DNA of 61,867 nucleotides from Aestuariivirga sp. (GCA_044236665.1 JBIIGF010000001.1:1-61867); one strand, 5' to 3'. Shown: positions 25,512-35,304, counted from the first letter of the stretch. Made by a program: numbers and translations. Notes: generated by a model from the sequence alone, not told the origin.

Positions 25512-28286
25512 ATGTCTGATGCCGTAAAGCGCGCACTCGATCTTGTCTCCGGGTATCAAGACCCGGAGCACCCCAAGATGAAGGACTGGAACTGGAAGCC
25601 CCTGCGCGACGTGCAGGAGAAGCTGGGCGGCCTCCCCGAAATCCCGAGCCACGTCGAGCGCTTTGGTGCCTTCATGGATGAGACGGCGCAGCGGGCGCTC
25701 AAAGGCGGCCTGACCCCGCGCGACCTCATCAAGGCCTATGCAATCACCCGTTCGTCGATCCAGCGCCGCGCCCAGACCGCAGACAAGGTCCGCGCCGCCG
25801 GTCTGGACCTCCCACCGGGCATGACGGGCATGATCCGCCCCGAGGGTGCCATGGGCGAGTGGTTGCACAGCCCCATGGGGCAGCGCTATCTCGACCAAGC
25901 AGAGCGCGGGAAGGTCGACGAAGAGGCTGTCGCCAATGCCCAGCAGGTCATGAAGCCGTTTGGCCTGAACGCGGAGCTGGATGCCTTGCCTTGGGCCGTC
26001 CAAAACCTCGGCCCGCGCCACAAAGAGGTCTCCGATCTGGTCGCTCGGGCCCTCACCGGCCAGTCTTCGCCCGAGGAATGGCGCAATTTCTCCAAGGATA
26101 TGCGTGGAATTGGCACGGCGAAGGCTGGTTTTGTCGCTTCCATGCTTGGTCGAGGCGATCAGCCGACCTTGGACGCCCGTCAGGTCATCCTGCAGACCGG
26201 TCAGCCGACGTCCGAGGCCAAAAAACCCATGGCGAAGGCCGGATATGCGGCTGTTGACCGCCTCGCAGCCCGTCAGGCGGCCTTAAATCCCAAAATGGAC
26301 CCCGGTTTAGAGCCTTTTCGGCAGCATTTGACCCACCACGCCATCTGGGACAAGGCCGGGAACGAGGAAACCACTCACGATGACGTCATGCGGGCCATGC
26401 GGGGCGCAAAAGACGGCGGTCGGATCAAGTATGACCGTAGCAAACACATCGAAAGTATCCGAAATCACCCTCTGGGCGCAGCATTGTTGCGCGTTGCGGG
26501 TATCGACCCCAAGCACAGCGACGAGCAGGTGCAGGCGATCCTGCAAAGGATCGAAGCCCGCAACAAAATGGTCGTCAACCCCAATGAAATCTGGAAGATC
26601 AACGACCCAATCGAGAAAGCGCGTCAGATCGCACTGTTGCAGAAGTACGATACCGATGTTTCTCAGAACAAGCCGACGACCGGCGGGTACTACAACATCA
26701 AGCAGGCCATGGCTCCAAGGGATGTGACGTCAACCGTCGGCGACATTCCGGGCGTGACGCCGAAGCCGATCAACAAGCTGTCTTGGGAGGACACACTGGC
26801 CCCCAGAGCCGGTGGTACGCTGATTGGCCTCGGCGGGGACCGCTCCAGACTGGGCCGGATGACGCACATCAACGGCAAGGAGCTGAAGTGGCCGGTCGAC
26901 CTTCACGCCGGTGTCGATTACATGCGCGAACCCAATAAGGGTCAGGTGTGGGCGAACGCCAAGGCCCACGCCAAGGGCATTGAGAAGATGATTGCGACCG
27001 CCGCCGAGAAGGGGCCGATCCTTGGGGCGTTCCAGCCTATGGGGCCCCAGTCCGTGGACAGCTCGCACAACATGGCGGACGCGCTGATGGCCCAGATCGA
27101 CAGCGATCAGATTAGCCCCGCCGACGCCAAAGAATTTGATGATGCACTGCGCGCAGGCTTGCATTCCCCCAACAAGAAAGAGCGCGAGGCGCATGCCCGT
27201 CAGATGGAGAACTGGCCCGGCATCCTGAACGCCAAGGAGGCCAGCGATTTCATGCGGCCTGAAACTGGCTTCCCCGGCACTGGCCGGGCGGCGCTCGCAA
27301 AATTCATGGACAAGAGCTATTGGCGTGACCGTGGCTTCCCGCATGTGGGTCAGACGCGCGCCGCCATCACTGAGCCTGAGCTTCTGGACGCTCGCGGCAA
27401 CATGGTTGGGCACAGAACTGTCGAGCTTGACCCTGAAGAAATGATCCGCAACGTACGAAACAGCGGCTTCATCCACTCGACGTACACCGAGCCGACCGGC
27501 GGCAGATATGTCTCCGACGTCCCACTTCTGCCGCGCCCGGACGTGTTCAGCGAACACGAGACGGCGATGCTGGCAAAGAACATCAGCGGCGGCCACACCG
27601 TCCACCCGTACGCCCCGACAAACCTTGGCCGTGCGACGTACCGCAAGATGACCGAGGAGCAAAAGCCTTGGGGAACGATCAACCAAGAAATGATCGACCG
27701 GGCGGGGATCGCAGAAGAGCGCATGAAACGGTATGGCTACAACACCGGCGGCACGGTGATGCCCGATCCGACCGAGGCCCAGAAGAAGGCGGGCAACTAC
27801 CTCAAGGGGCACATTAGCTTCCAAGGCCTGCCGATCACCCTCGAGAGCATGAAGGGTCAGACGCGGTCAGGCGTAGACCCAAATGGACAGAAGTGGTCAG
27901 TCAAGCTCCCGTACAACTACGGCTACATCAAGCGCACCGAGGGTGCGGATGGTGACCACGTTGACGTCTGCATTGGCCCGGACAGCGAGAGCGACCACGT
28001 CTTCATCATCGACCAGCACGATCTGCGCACCGGCGACTTTGATGAGCACAAGGTCATGCTGGGGTATCGGACCCGCGAGGACGCCACAAAGGCGTACCGT
28101 GACGGCTTTTCCGACGGCAAGGGGGCAGATCGGCAGCGCGCCGTGGTCCGCATGTCGATGAAGGAATTCAAGCACTGGCTGAAGTCGTGCGACACGAAAA
28201 AGCCTGTTCGGGGTCAGGGGCACATCGACCGTGCAATGTCTCTCACTTCGCGCTATACTGCACGGCACGACCGGGACGCCGGATAA
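25512..28286 (+). CDS. Polyvalent protein: HhH-like N-terminal domain, unknown middle domain, C-terminal inorganic pyrophosphatase (InPase) domain
   Basis: '[14 protein letters not shown]...G.TRSG....KWSV...[17 protein letters not shown]...FDEHKVMLG'; N-terminal '[10 protein letters not shown]...PTLD'. Confidence 0.75.
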   Translation: MSDAVKRALDLVSGYQDPEHPKMKDWNWKPLRDVQEKLGGLPEIPSHVERFGAFMDETAQRALKGGLTPRDLIKAYAITRSSIQRRAQTADKVRAAGLDLPPGMTGMIRPEGAMGEWLHSPMGQRYLDQAERGKVDEEAVANAQQVMKPFGLNAELDALPWAVQNLGPRHKEVSDLVARALTGQSSPEEWRNFSKDMRGIGTAKAGFVASMLGRGDQPTLDARQVILQTGQPTSEAKKPMAKAGYAAVDRLAARQAALNPKMDPGLEPFRQHLTHHAIWDKAGNEETTHDDVMRAMRGAKDGGRIKYDRSKHIESIRNHPLGAALLRVAGIDPKHSDEQVQAILQRIEARNKMVVNPNEIWKINDPIEKARQIALLQKYDTDVSQNKPTTGGYYNIKQAMAPRDVTSTVGDIPGVTPKPINKLSWEDTLAPRAGGTLIGLGGDRSRLGRMTHINGKELKWPVDLHAGVDYMREPNKGQVWANAKAHAKGIEKMIATAAEKGPILGAFQPMGPQSVDSSHNMADALMAQIDSDQISPADAKEFDDALRAGLHSPNKKEREAHARQMENWPGILNAKEASDFMRPETGFPGTGRAALAKFMDKSYWRDRGFPHVGQTRAAITEPELLDARGNMVGHRTVELDPEEMIRNVRNSGFIHSTYTEPTGGRYVSDVPLLPRPDVFSEHETAMLAKNISGGHTVHPYAPTNLGRATYRKMTEEQKPWGTINQEMIDRAGIAEERMKRYGYNTGGTVMPDPTEAQKKAGNYLKGHISFQGLPITLESMKGQTRSGVDPNGQKWSVKLPYNYGYIKRTEGADGDHVDVCIGPDSESDHVFIIDQHDLRTGDFDEHKVMLGYRTREDATKAYRDGFSDGKGADRQRAVVRMSMKEFKHWLKSCDTKKPVRGQGHIDRAMSLTSRYTARHDRDAG

Positions 28287-28302
28287 CCTCGAGGAGAACG
28301 CA

Positions 28303-29523
28303 ATGGACGCCAAAACTCTGCGCGCAGCGATGAAGGACAAGGCCAAACGCCTTGCGACCTCCTCGCCTGCCAAGGTCGACAGCTCGACCTTTACCCCTGC
28401 CGAACCGCTTAATACCGAAGTCAAGACGGGCATGCGCCCGATCTCGCGCCGCGCATTCAAGACCGGCGGCAAGGTTGAGGGCATGGAATGCGCGCCCCGC
28501 GCTGACCGCAAGCCCCGCATGAACGGCGGCAAGATCGGTCTGGCCAACACCGACCAGAAGAGCGCCAACGAGGAGCGCGACGGCAAGAAGCACGTCGGCG
28601 CACTCAAGACCGGCGGTCGCGTTGCCAAGATGGGTGGCGGCCTGATGGACCCCAAGAAGGGTGAGGGCATGATGAAGTCCTCTTTGGACCATTACGAGCC
28701 CCTGCCAAAGCCCGATGGCAACCCCTTCAAACCCGGCAAAGACCAAATCGACAAGGGCAACGCGCTCATGCAAGAAGAGCAGCGTCGTCAGGGCGACATG
28801 ACCCGCCGCAAGCATGGTGGCAAGACAATGAAGGCCTCTGGTGGGTCGATTTCGTCCGCCGGTCCTGACACTGGTGGCCGTGAAGCCAAGAAGAAGGGCG
28901 GCATGGTCGAGGGTTCGGCCAAGGACGTGGCTGAAGACAAGAAGCTGGCCAAGAAGCACGGCATGTCCATGAAGGAGTGGGAAGCCTCGCCTGAGGACAA
29001 GAAGCATGACGCGCCGAAAAAGAAGTCCGGCGGCGGTCTCTACGCCAACATCCACGCCAAGCGCGAGCGGATCGAGGAAGGCTCGAAGGAGAAGATGCGC
29101 AAGCCGGGCTCCAAGGGCGCTCCGACTGCTGAGGCGTTCAAAGCCTCTGAGCGCACCGCTCGCAAGTCTGGTGGCAAGGTTGGCAAGACCAACATCAACA
29201 TCATCATCTCGCCGCGCGGTGAAGCCAAGGAAGGCATGATGCCTCCCCAGCCGATGCCGATGCCGCGTCCTCCGATGCCGATGCCTGCCGCTGCAGCCGC
29301 TCCTCCGATGCCGATGCCCGCCCCCGGCGGTATGCCTCCGGGTCTCGGCGCAGCTCTGGCCGGTGCCGCTGGCGCTATGCCTCCGGGTGGCGCAATGGCT
29401 GGCCGTCCGCCGATGCCGATGGCTCGCAAGGATGGCGGCAAGGTGTACCCGAAGATGAAGTACGGCGCTGGCTCCGGCGAGGGCCGCCTTGAGAAAGTTG
29501 AGAAGTACGGCAAAAACGCCTGA
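28303..29523 (+). CDS. Lys/Gly/Met/Pro-rich disordered protein with ~10 xxxGGx motifs (candidate internal head polyprotein)
   Basis: GAGGAG RBS before ATG 28303; strongly biased codons; followed by a terminator hairpin. Confidence 0.75.
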   Translation: MDAKTLRAAMKDKAKRLATSSPAKVDSSTFTPAEPLNTEVKTGMRPISRRAFKTGGKVEGMECAPRADRKPRMNGGKIGLANTDQKSANEERDGKKHVGALKTGGRVAKMGGGLMDPKKGEGMMKSSLDHYEPLPKPDGNPFKPGKDQIDKGNALMQEEQRRQGDMTRRKHGGKTMKASGGSISSAGPDTGGREAKKKGGMVEGSAKDVAEDKKLAKKHGMSMKEWEASPEDKKHDAPKKKSGGGLYANIHAKRERIEEGSKEKMRKPGSKGAPTAEAFKASERTARKSGGKVGKTNINIIISPRGEAKEGMMPPQPMPMPRPPMPMPAAAAAPPMPMPAPGGMPPGLGAALAGAAGAMPPGGAMAGRPPMPMARKDGGKVYPKMKYGAGSGEGRLEKVEKYGKNA

Positions 29524-29532
29524 CCTTCTCTC

Positions 29533-29569
29533 GCGGTCCCCGGCAACACCTCCCTCTGCCGGGGACCGC
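29533..29569 (+). terminator. Long GC stem-loop after the cargo cluster
   Basis: GCGGTCCCCGGCA-N11-TGCCGGGGACCGC; no U tract. Confidence 0.55.
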
Positions 29570-29595
29570 ACCGCAAATAAACATCAGGATGACAC

Positions 29596-29796
29596 ATGCT
29601 TACGACACTGGACGCCTTTCGGCGCGAGCTGACCAAGCTCATTGAAGATCGTAGAAAAAACATGATCGAGAATGTAACGTCCGGCCTTGCGGTCAAGACG
29701 TTCGATCAATACCGTGAATACGTCGGAAGACTGAATGAGCAGTCTGAAATCCTCGACCTGATGGACGAGGCCGAAACCAACGTGAAAAAGCGATAG
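29596..29796 (+). CDS. Small helical head-module protein
   Basis: ORF with RBS; 'FDQYREYVG'. Confidence 0.7.
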   Translation: MLTTLDAFRRELTKLIEDRRKNMIENVTSGLAVKTFDQYREYVGRLNEQSEILDLMDEAETNVKKR

Positions 29797-29803
29797 GAAC
29801 CAA

Positions 29804-30193
29804 ATGCCGCACATGATGATGAGCCACGAGGAAGACCCCAAAAACAAGCTCCTCGATGAGCTGGGCGACCTCTCCGAGATTGAACTGTTCCACAACCAAG
29901 TCCTTCTGGCGGTCTATATCCGCCCGCAGAAGACAAAGTCCGGCCTCTACCTGACGGACAAGCACACCGATGAGGACCGCTACCAGTCGAAGGTCGGCCT
30001 CCTCGTGAAGACCGGCCCACAGGCGTTCGAGCAGGACGGCAACTGGTTCTCCGGCCTCGATTTCAAAGACCACGATTGGCTGGTTTTCCGCCCGTCTGAC
30101 GGCTGGTCGATCACCGTCAACGGTGTTCTCTGCCGCATCTTCGACGACATCAACATCAGGGGCCGAATTCCGCACCCCGACGCAGTCTGGTAA
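29804..30193 (+). CDS. GroES-like (Cpn10) co-chaperonin
   Basis: 'NQVLLAV..PQKTKSGLYL...VGLLVKTGPQAF...DWLVF...RIFDDINIRG'. Confidence 0.8.
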   Translation: MPHMMMSHEEDPKNKLLDELGDLSEIELFHNQVLLAVYIRPQKTKSGLYLTDKHTDEDRYQSKVGLLVKTGPQAFEQDGNWFSGLDFKDHDWLVFRPSDGWSITVNGVLCRIFDDINIRGRIPHPDAVW

Positions 30194-30204
30194 GGAGACA
30201 ACTC

Positions 30205-31071
30205 ATGTCTGACAATGAAGACCAAGACGATCTGGAAATCACCCTAGAGGTCGAGGACCAGCCGGAAGAGGCTGCTGAAGAGGTCAAGATCGTAAAGCCC
30301 GAGGATGGCATTGCTGATCTGCAGCGCCAACTTGAGGCTGAGCGGTCGCGCCGTGAGGCTGCGGAGCGCATGGCTCGTGAGGCCGAAGAGCGTGAGCGGT
30401 CGGCCCGCATCGACAAGGACGAGAGCGAAATCCATCTGGTGACCAACGCGATCCAGACGCTCAACCGCGACAAGGAAATCCTGAGGGCAAACTACGCTCA
30501 GGCCCTGCGCGCTGGCGAGTTCGAGCGAGCCGCCAGCATCAACGACGAGATCAACGAGGCCGCAACGCAGCTCCAGCAGCTGCAAAACGGCCTTGAGGCG
30601 ATGAAGTCGCGCCCCAAGGTGCAACCGCTGCCCCCGCAATCGGCAGACCCGGTCGAGGCCTTCGCCGCCCGCCTGACACCTCGCTCAGCGGAATGGGTTC
30701 GCGCCCATCCAGAGTTCGTCAAAGACAGCCGCCTGAACCGCAAAATGATCGCCGCGCACGAGCTGGCGGTTGCTGATGGTCACGCACCGGACACCGATGG
30801 GTACTTCTCGGCAATCGAGCAGACCCTGAACGTCGGCAAAAAGGTTGCGGCACCGGGTGGTGACGAGGACGCATCGTCGTCGGCGGCCAAGGTTGTGGCT
30901 CGCCGCGATGCAGCACCGGCGGCAGCACCTGTCAGCCGTGGTGGATCGAACCGTTCGAACGTCGTACGATTGACGGCGGCGGAGCGTGAAATGGCCGACA
31001 TGATGAACATGAAGCACGAAGACTACGCCAAGAACAAAATCGCACTCCAGAAGGAAGGTAAGCTGCAATGA
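30205..31071 (+). CDS. Probable scaffolding protein
   Basis: Acidic coiled coil; C-terminal 'VRLTAAEREMADMMNM..EDYAKNK'; position before the capsid genes. Confidence 0.65.
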   Translation: MSDNEDQDDLEITLEVEDQPEEAAEEVKIVKPEDGIADLQRQLEAERSRREAAERMAREAEERERSARIDKDESEIHLVTNAIQTLNRDKEILRANYAQALRAGEFERAASINDEINEAATQLQQLQNGLEAMKSRPKVQPLPPQSADPVEAFAARLTPRSAEWVRAHPEFVKDSRLNRKMIAAHELAVADGHAPDTDGYFSAIEQTLNVGKKVAAPGGDEDASSSAAKVVARRDAAPAAAPVSRGGSNRSNVVRLTAAEREMADMMNMKHEDYAKNKIALQKEGKLQ

Positions 31072-31598
31072 GCGATAAATTTGAGCGTGTACGCCCCGCG
31101 ATGCGCCCCGAGGCACCCGTAGCCGAGGAAAGCCCCCGCGAGAGGGCCGCCCGTAAGGCCGCAGAGCTTCGCGCCCACCGCGATGGCACCATGGATGACG
31201 GCACCGACGAGTTTTTCGTCGAGCCCGGCGTCATTCCGGACGGCTGGACTTACGAGTGGAAGACCAAGAGCATCCTCGGCGCAGAAGACCCGGCCCACCA
31301 AGTCAAGCTGGCGCGCGATGGTTGGGAGCCCGTACCGGCATCTCGTCACCCCGAGATGATGCCATCCGGCTACAAGGAGCTTGAGATCACCCGCAAGGGA
31401 ATGGTTCTCATGGAGCGCCCGGCGGAGATCACGGAAGAGGTTCGCCAGCTGGAGCTTCGCCGCGCTCGCCTGCAGGTCCGCGCCAAGGAAGAACAGCTTT
31501 CTGCAGCCCCGGCTGGTCAGTTCGAGCGCTCCAACAAGGGCAACGAGTTGGCGAAGATCAAGAAGGGCTACGAGGCGATGCCCATCCCTGAAGCATGA
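31068..31598 (+). CDS. Head-module hypothetical protein
   Basis: Coupled ORF; 'IPDGWTYEWK', 'GWEPV', 'GMVLMERP'. Confidence 0.7.
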   Translation: MSDKFERVRPAMRPEAPVAEESPRERAARKAAELRAHRDGTMDDGTDEFFVEPGVIPDGWTYEWKTKSILGAEDPAHQVKLARDGWEPVPASRHPEMMPSGYKELEITRKGMVLMERPAEITEEVRQLELRRARLQVRAKEEQLSAAPAGQFERSNKGNELAKIKKGYEAMPIPEA

Positions 31599-31759
31599 TC
31601 CGCGCCGTCACGATCTACAACAAGATCGACAGGCTGAGAAAAGCGATACGGCGGGAGGGAACTCCCGCCATTCAAGACGCGTGGGACGCTCTTGAACCGT
31701 ACGTTTCAACCTTTATGAACGGGGTGGCCGATGATAAACCCCAACAAAAAAACGATTAA
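31595..31759 (+). CDS. Small hypothetical protein (MIRAVTIYNKIDRLRK...)
   Basis: Manual translation; ATGA-coupled. Confidence 0.45.
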   Translation: MIRAVTIYNKIDRLRKAIRREGTPAIQDAWDALEPYVSTFMNGVADDKPQQKND

Positions 31760-31779
31760 AGGCAGGTTTTTTCTTGTCT

Positions 31780-31904
31780 TTGACAATCAGGGTGTGACGT
31801 GACAATATACGCTCACTCTCCCCCCGGCGTGGGAGGTAACCCTCCCCCGGTTCTAAAGTCGCCCCGGCGCGCGATGATGGACCTCCTGAAAAGGAGACAT
31901 CCGA
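31780..31904 (+). promoter_or_regulatory. Promoter and structured 5' leader of the capsid operon
   Basis: TTGACA-N17-CAATAT; alternative hairpins; RBS inside CTCCT-GAAA-AGGAG. Confidence 0.6.
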
Positions 31905-32858
31905 ATGCCAAATACGTTTGCGCCTTTCGGTTTCGCCCAGTACTCAGGCGCAGGTTCGGCTCCGACCTATGAGCAGACCGTCGCTTCGATTGCTTCCGGC
32001 AATACGACCCCGATTTTCTTCAACGACCCCGTCATGCAGGCCACCAACGCTACCGGCCTCGGCACCGGCTATATTGCTCAGGCAACCGGCCCTGTCACCC
32101 TGACGGTTTCGGCAACTGGCATTGCGACGACCGCTGTCGGCGTGATGACGATCACCTTCACCGGTATCTCCAGCGCCACCGCCAACCTGCCCACCTTCGC
32201 CTCGGCAACTTGGGCACCCCCAGTTGGCGCTGTCGTCGTCGTCTCGAACGCCACTGGCGTCCCGAACGGCGCGTTCACGATCACCTCGGCCACTGCAACC
32301 ACGGCTGTGATCGCGAACAGCGGCTCAACCGCTGCAGCAACCTCGTCGGCTTCGACCCCCGTGGTCACCGTGTTCGTGCCAGTCGCTGGCGTGTTCGCGG
32401 GCTGCAAGTACCTCTCGGTCTCGCAAAAGCGCACCAACTGGTCGAACTACTGGCCGGGCTCGGACGCTGCCACCGACGTGGAAGCCTACGTCATCACCGA
32501 TCCGAACGCTCGCTTCCTTGTTCAGACCGCCAACTCGTCCACCACGGCTACCGCCATGGGTCAAAACCAAGTTGGTCAGAACATCTCGTTCAACTGGCAG
32601 GACAGCCTTGCCACCGGCGAGACCAACGGACGCACCTCAACCGGCCTCTCGACCATGTTCGCAGACCAAGCAACCAGCTCGCAAGCTGGTGGCACCGCGA
32701 ACTCGTTCCTGCCGTTCCGCATCGTCGCAATTGCCAACTTCCTGCCCGGCCAGTCCTCGCCGTTCGGGTCGGTCAATGGTTTCGACGTTGCTGATCGCTA
32801 CAACGAACTGGTCGTTGGCTTCAACAACGCGATGCCGCGCAACTTCGCTGGCGTGTAA
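31905..32858 (+). CDS. Probable capsid decoration / minor capsid protein
   Basis: Directly before the MCP; 'NTFAPFGF', 'GVFAGCKY', 'WSNYWPG', 'AYVITDP'; Thr/Ala-rich insertion. Confidence 0.65.
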   Translation: MPNTFAPFGFAQYSGAGSAPTYEQTVASIASGNTTPIFFNDPVMQATNATGLGTGYIAQATGPVTLTVSATGIATTAVGVMTITFTGISSATANLPTFASATWAPPVGAVVVVSNATGVPNGAFTITSATATTAVIANSGSTAAATSSASTPVVTVFVPVAGVFAGCKYLSVSQKRTNWSNYWPGSDAATDVEAYVITDPNARFLVQTANSSTTATAMGQNQVGQNISFNWQDSLATGETNGRTSTGLSTMFADQATSSQAGGTANSFLPFRIVAIANFLPGQSSPFGSVNGFDVADRYNELVVGFNNAMPRNFAGV

Positions 32859-32871
32859 GGAGAACTGAAAA

Positions 32872-33783
32872 ATGGCTGTCAATCTTAGTGCCATCAAAGA
32901 CCTTCTCCTCCCCGGCCTCCGTGGGGTTGAAGGCAAGTACGAGATGATCCCATCTCAGTACGACAAAATCTTCACCAAGCATAATTCGAAGATGGCTCTC
33001 GAGCGTACCGCCGAGATGCGCTTCCTCGGCTTTGCGCAGCTGAAGACGGAAGGCGCTCAGACGTCGTTCGACAACGGCGCTGGTGAGCGTTTCATCTACA
33101 ACCAAGAGCACACGGAAATCGGCCTTGGCTATGCGATCACTCGCAAAGCCATCGACGATAACCTGTACAAAACCCAGTTCGCACCGTCGAACCTCGGTCT
33201 GGTCGAAAGCTTCCAGCAGACCAAGGAAATCTACGGCGCAAACATCCTGAACACGGCGACTACCTACAACGCTGCAGTCGGTGGCGACGGCGTGGCTCTG
33301 ATTGCCACCAACCACCCCATCGACGGCGGCACTGTTGCAAACCGCCCGACCACGGATGTTGAACTGAACGAAGCGACCCTGCTGAACGGCATGATCTCGA
33401 TCCGGACCAACTTCCGCGATCAGGCAGGCCTGAAGGTCTTCGCTCGTGGCCGCAAACTGGTTGTTCCCCCGCAGCTGGAACCCGTCGCAATCCGCCTGAC
33501 CAAGACGGAACTGCGTCCGGGCACCGCCGACAACGACGTCAACGCGATCATGTCGACCGCTGGCGGCTTGCCGGAAGGCTACATGGTCAACGACTTCTTG
33601 ACCTCGACCGGCGCTTGGTTCCTGCTGACCAACATCGATGGCCTGTCGTACATGGAGCGTGTGAAGTTCGAAACCGACATGCAAGTCGATTTCGTGACAG
33701 ATAACCTCCTCGTAAAAGGCTACGAGCGGTATAGTTTCGGCTATTATAACTGGCGTTCTATTTTTGGGAGTTTCCCAAGCTAA
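32872..33783 (+). CDS. Major capsid protein
   Basis: 303 aa, highly biased codons; 'LLPGL', 'GYAITRKAIDDNLY', 'GGDGVAL...HP', 'KLVVPPQL', 'ERYSFG..WR.IFGS'. Confidence 0.88.
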   Translation: MAVNLSAIKDLLLPGLRGVEGKYEMIPSQYDKIFTKHNSKMALERTAEMRFLGFAQLKTEGAQTSFDNGAGERFIYNQEHTEIGLGYAITRKAIDDNLYKTQFAPSNLGLVESFQQTKEIYGANILNTATTYNAAVGGDGVALIATNHPIDGGTVANRPTTDVELNEATLLNGMISIRTNFRDQAGLKVFARGRKLVVPPQLEPVAIRLTKTELRPGTADNDVNAIMSTAGGLPEGYMVNDFLTSTGAWFLLTNIDGLSYMERVKFETDMQVDFVTDNLLVKGYERYSFGYYNWRSIFGSFPS

Positions 33784-33802
33784 TCAGCTACTTAGCTGAT
33801 TA
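33781..33802 (+). terminator. Hairpin starting at the MCP stop codon
   Basis: TAATCAGCTA-ct-TAGCTGATTA perfect inverted repeat. Confidence 0.5.
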
Positions 33803-33834
33803 ACGCCAAATAAGAAAGGTGTAGGGCGTATCGT

Positions 33835-33883
33835 TTGACTTTCAAAACCAGTGTCGTTATAAAACGACTATGGCACTTGGAGG
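33835..33883 (+). promoter_or_regulatory. Promoter of the endonuclease gene, with an overlapping hairpin
   Basis: TTGACT-N17-TATAAA; GTCGTT-ataa-AACGAC stem, extendable into the GGAGG RBS. Confidence 0.6.
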
Positions 33884-33889
33884 AAAGAT

Positions 33890-34549
33890 ATGCCCTACAT
33901 CAAACACCTTCCCGTAGAAACCTTGCGCGAGTTTCTTCGGTATGACCCTGAGACAGGTTCGATCACTTGGATCAAGCGCGCAGCCAAAAACACTATAGTG
34001 GGATCACCAGCGGGCTCCGTGAAAGCGGGCAGCAGATCAAACTCCGACTATCGGTACATTCGGCTCCACAAAATTGACTTCACCGCCGCAAGAGCCGCTT
34101 GGGCCCTAAACCACGGGGAGTGGCCAACGGGAAAACTTTTCTTTGTGGATGGCGACCCATCAAACCTCAAAATTTCAAACCTCAGGGTCGCAAACTCCCT
34201 TGAGGACAAGGCTCGCAACACCGCTGAATACATGAAGCGTCATCGTGAAAAATTTCCTGATTTTTGGAAGGATAACCACCTTCAGCGGACCTTCGGTATC
34301 AGCTTGACCGACTATATCCAAATGGTGGTGGAGCGCGGCAATAAGTGCGACATCTGCGGGCGACCCGAGACCCAGACGCGTGGTGGAAAGGTCAAGGCCT
34401 TGGCCGTGGACCACAACCACACCACTGGGGCGGTTCGGGGGCTTCTTTGCTCTGATTGCAATACCGGTTTGGGCAAATTCAAGGACAGCCGGTCGGTTCT
34501 CAAAGCCGCGATTGCCTACTTGGATAGTCATGTGGTACAGTCTGAATGA
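33890..34549 (+). CDS. Free-standing homing endonuclease (degenerate HNH-type N-terminus plus endonuclease VII domain)
   Basis: 'LRYDPETG..TW'; 'CDICGRPE...LAVDHNHTTGAVRGLLCSDCNTGLG'; lower GC than its flanks. Confidence 0.85.
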   Translation: MPYIKHLPVETLREFLRYDPETGSITWIKRAAKNTIVGSPAGSVKAGSRSNSDYRYIRLHKIDFTAARAAWALNHGEWPTGKLFFVDGDPSNLKISNLRVANSLEDKARNTAEYMKRHREKFPDFWKDNHLQRTFGISLTDYIQMVVERGNKCDICGRPETQTRGGKVKALAVDHNHTTGAVRGLLCSDCNTGLGKFKDSRSVLKAAIAYLDSHVVQSE

Positions 34550-34612
34550 TGGATTGGACCGCACAGCGGACCCGCACAGACCGATCCACATCATTGTGCA
34601 AAGGAGACCCTT

Positions 34613-35068
34613 ATGGGCAAGACTACCTTTACGGGCCCGATCCGGGCTGGAAACATCCTCAACACCTCTGGCACCACTCTCGGGCAAGACGTTCGCAACG
34701 TCGGCTCCGTGGTCATGATCCAGACCGTCCCCATCACGCAGGCTGGCACTGCCACCGCTCTGGGCACCCAGATCGTGCTGCCCGCCAACAGCCACATCGT
34801 GAACATCCAGATGCTCAACACGGTGGCTTGGACTGGCGCTGCCCAGACCATGAGCGTTGGCATCTCCGCAACGGCCAACGAGCTTTGCGCGCTGACGGCC
34901 CAACCGCTCGGCTTGGTGTCCATGGTTCCCGGCGCTGACGCAACGCGCGCTGGCCTGTGGGATGACACTGGTACCACGGATGACCGCATCTGGGTCCTGT
35001 CCGCCAACACGGGCTCGGGCGTCGGCACGCTTACCGTCCGCTACATCCAAGCCCACGACCTGCCGTAA
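34613..35068 (+). CDS. Virion structural protein
   Basis: AAGGAG RBS; 'TTFTGPIRAG', 'LPANSHIVNI'. Confidence 0.7.
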   Translation: MGKTTFTGPIRAGNILNTSGTTLGQDVRNVGSVVMIQTVPITQAGTATALGTQIVLPANSHIVNIQMLNTVAWTGAAQTMSVGISATANELCALTAQPLGLVSMVPGADATRAGLWDDTGTTDDRIWVLSANTGSGVGTLTVRYIQAHDLP

Positions 35069-35082
35069 GGGGAGTGACATCA

Positions 35083-35259
35083 ATGCGCGTTGGTAACAAA
35101 AAACCCGCCATGGCTGTCAACAAGACGGTCTCCACGGGCAAGCCGTCCAAGACGGAAAACTGCTCGCCTCACGTCGCCACCGGCAATCGCACCGTCACTG
35201 GTGGTGCGAGCGTGCACGGCATGCCGCTGATGTCGGCAGCCGCCGCCAAAGTGAAGTAA
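35083..35259 (+). CDS. Small basic protein
   Basis: GGGAG RBS then ATG 35083. Confidence 0.55.
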   Translation: MRVGNKKPAMAVNKTVSTGKPSKTENCSPHVATGNRTVTGGASVHGMPLMSAAAAKVK

Positions 35260-35260
35260 A

Positions 35261-35282
35261 GGGAGGGGCATCGTCCCCTCCC
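35261..35282 (+). terminator. Stem-loop
   Basis: GGGAGGGG-catcgt-CCCCTCCC. Confidence 0.45.
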
Positions 35283-35304
35283 ACCCCCATTCTGGAGAAA
35301 TCAA

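Noticed and set aside
25484-29546. Shared TCCCCGGCAAC at ~25485 and ~29537 as a late regulatory motif
   Set aside because: Only two GC-rich copies, one of them inside a hairpin stem; not enough to call.
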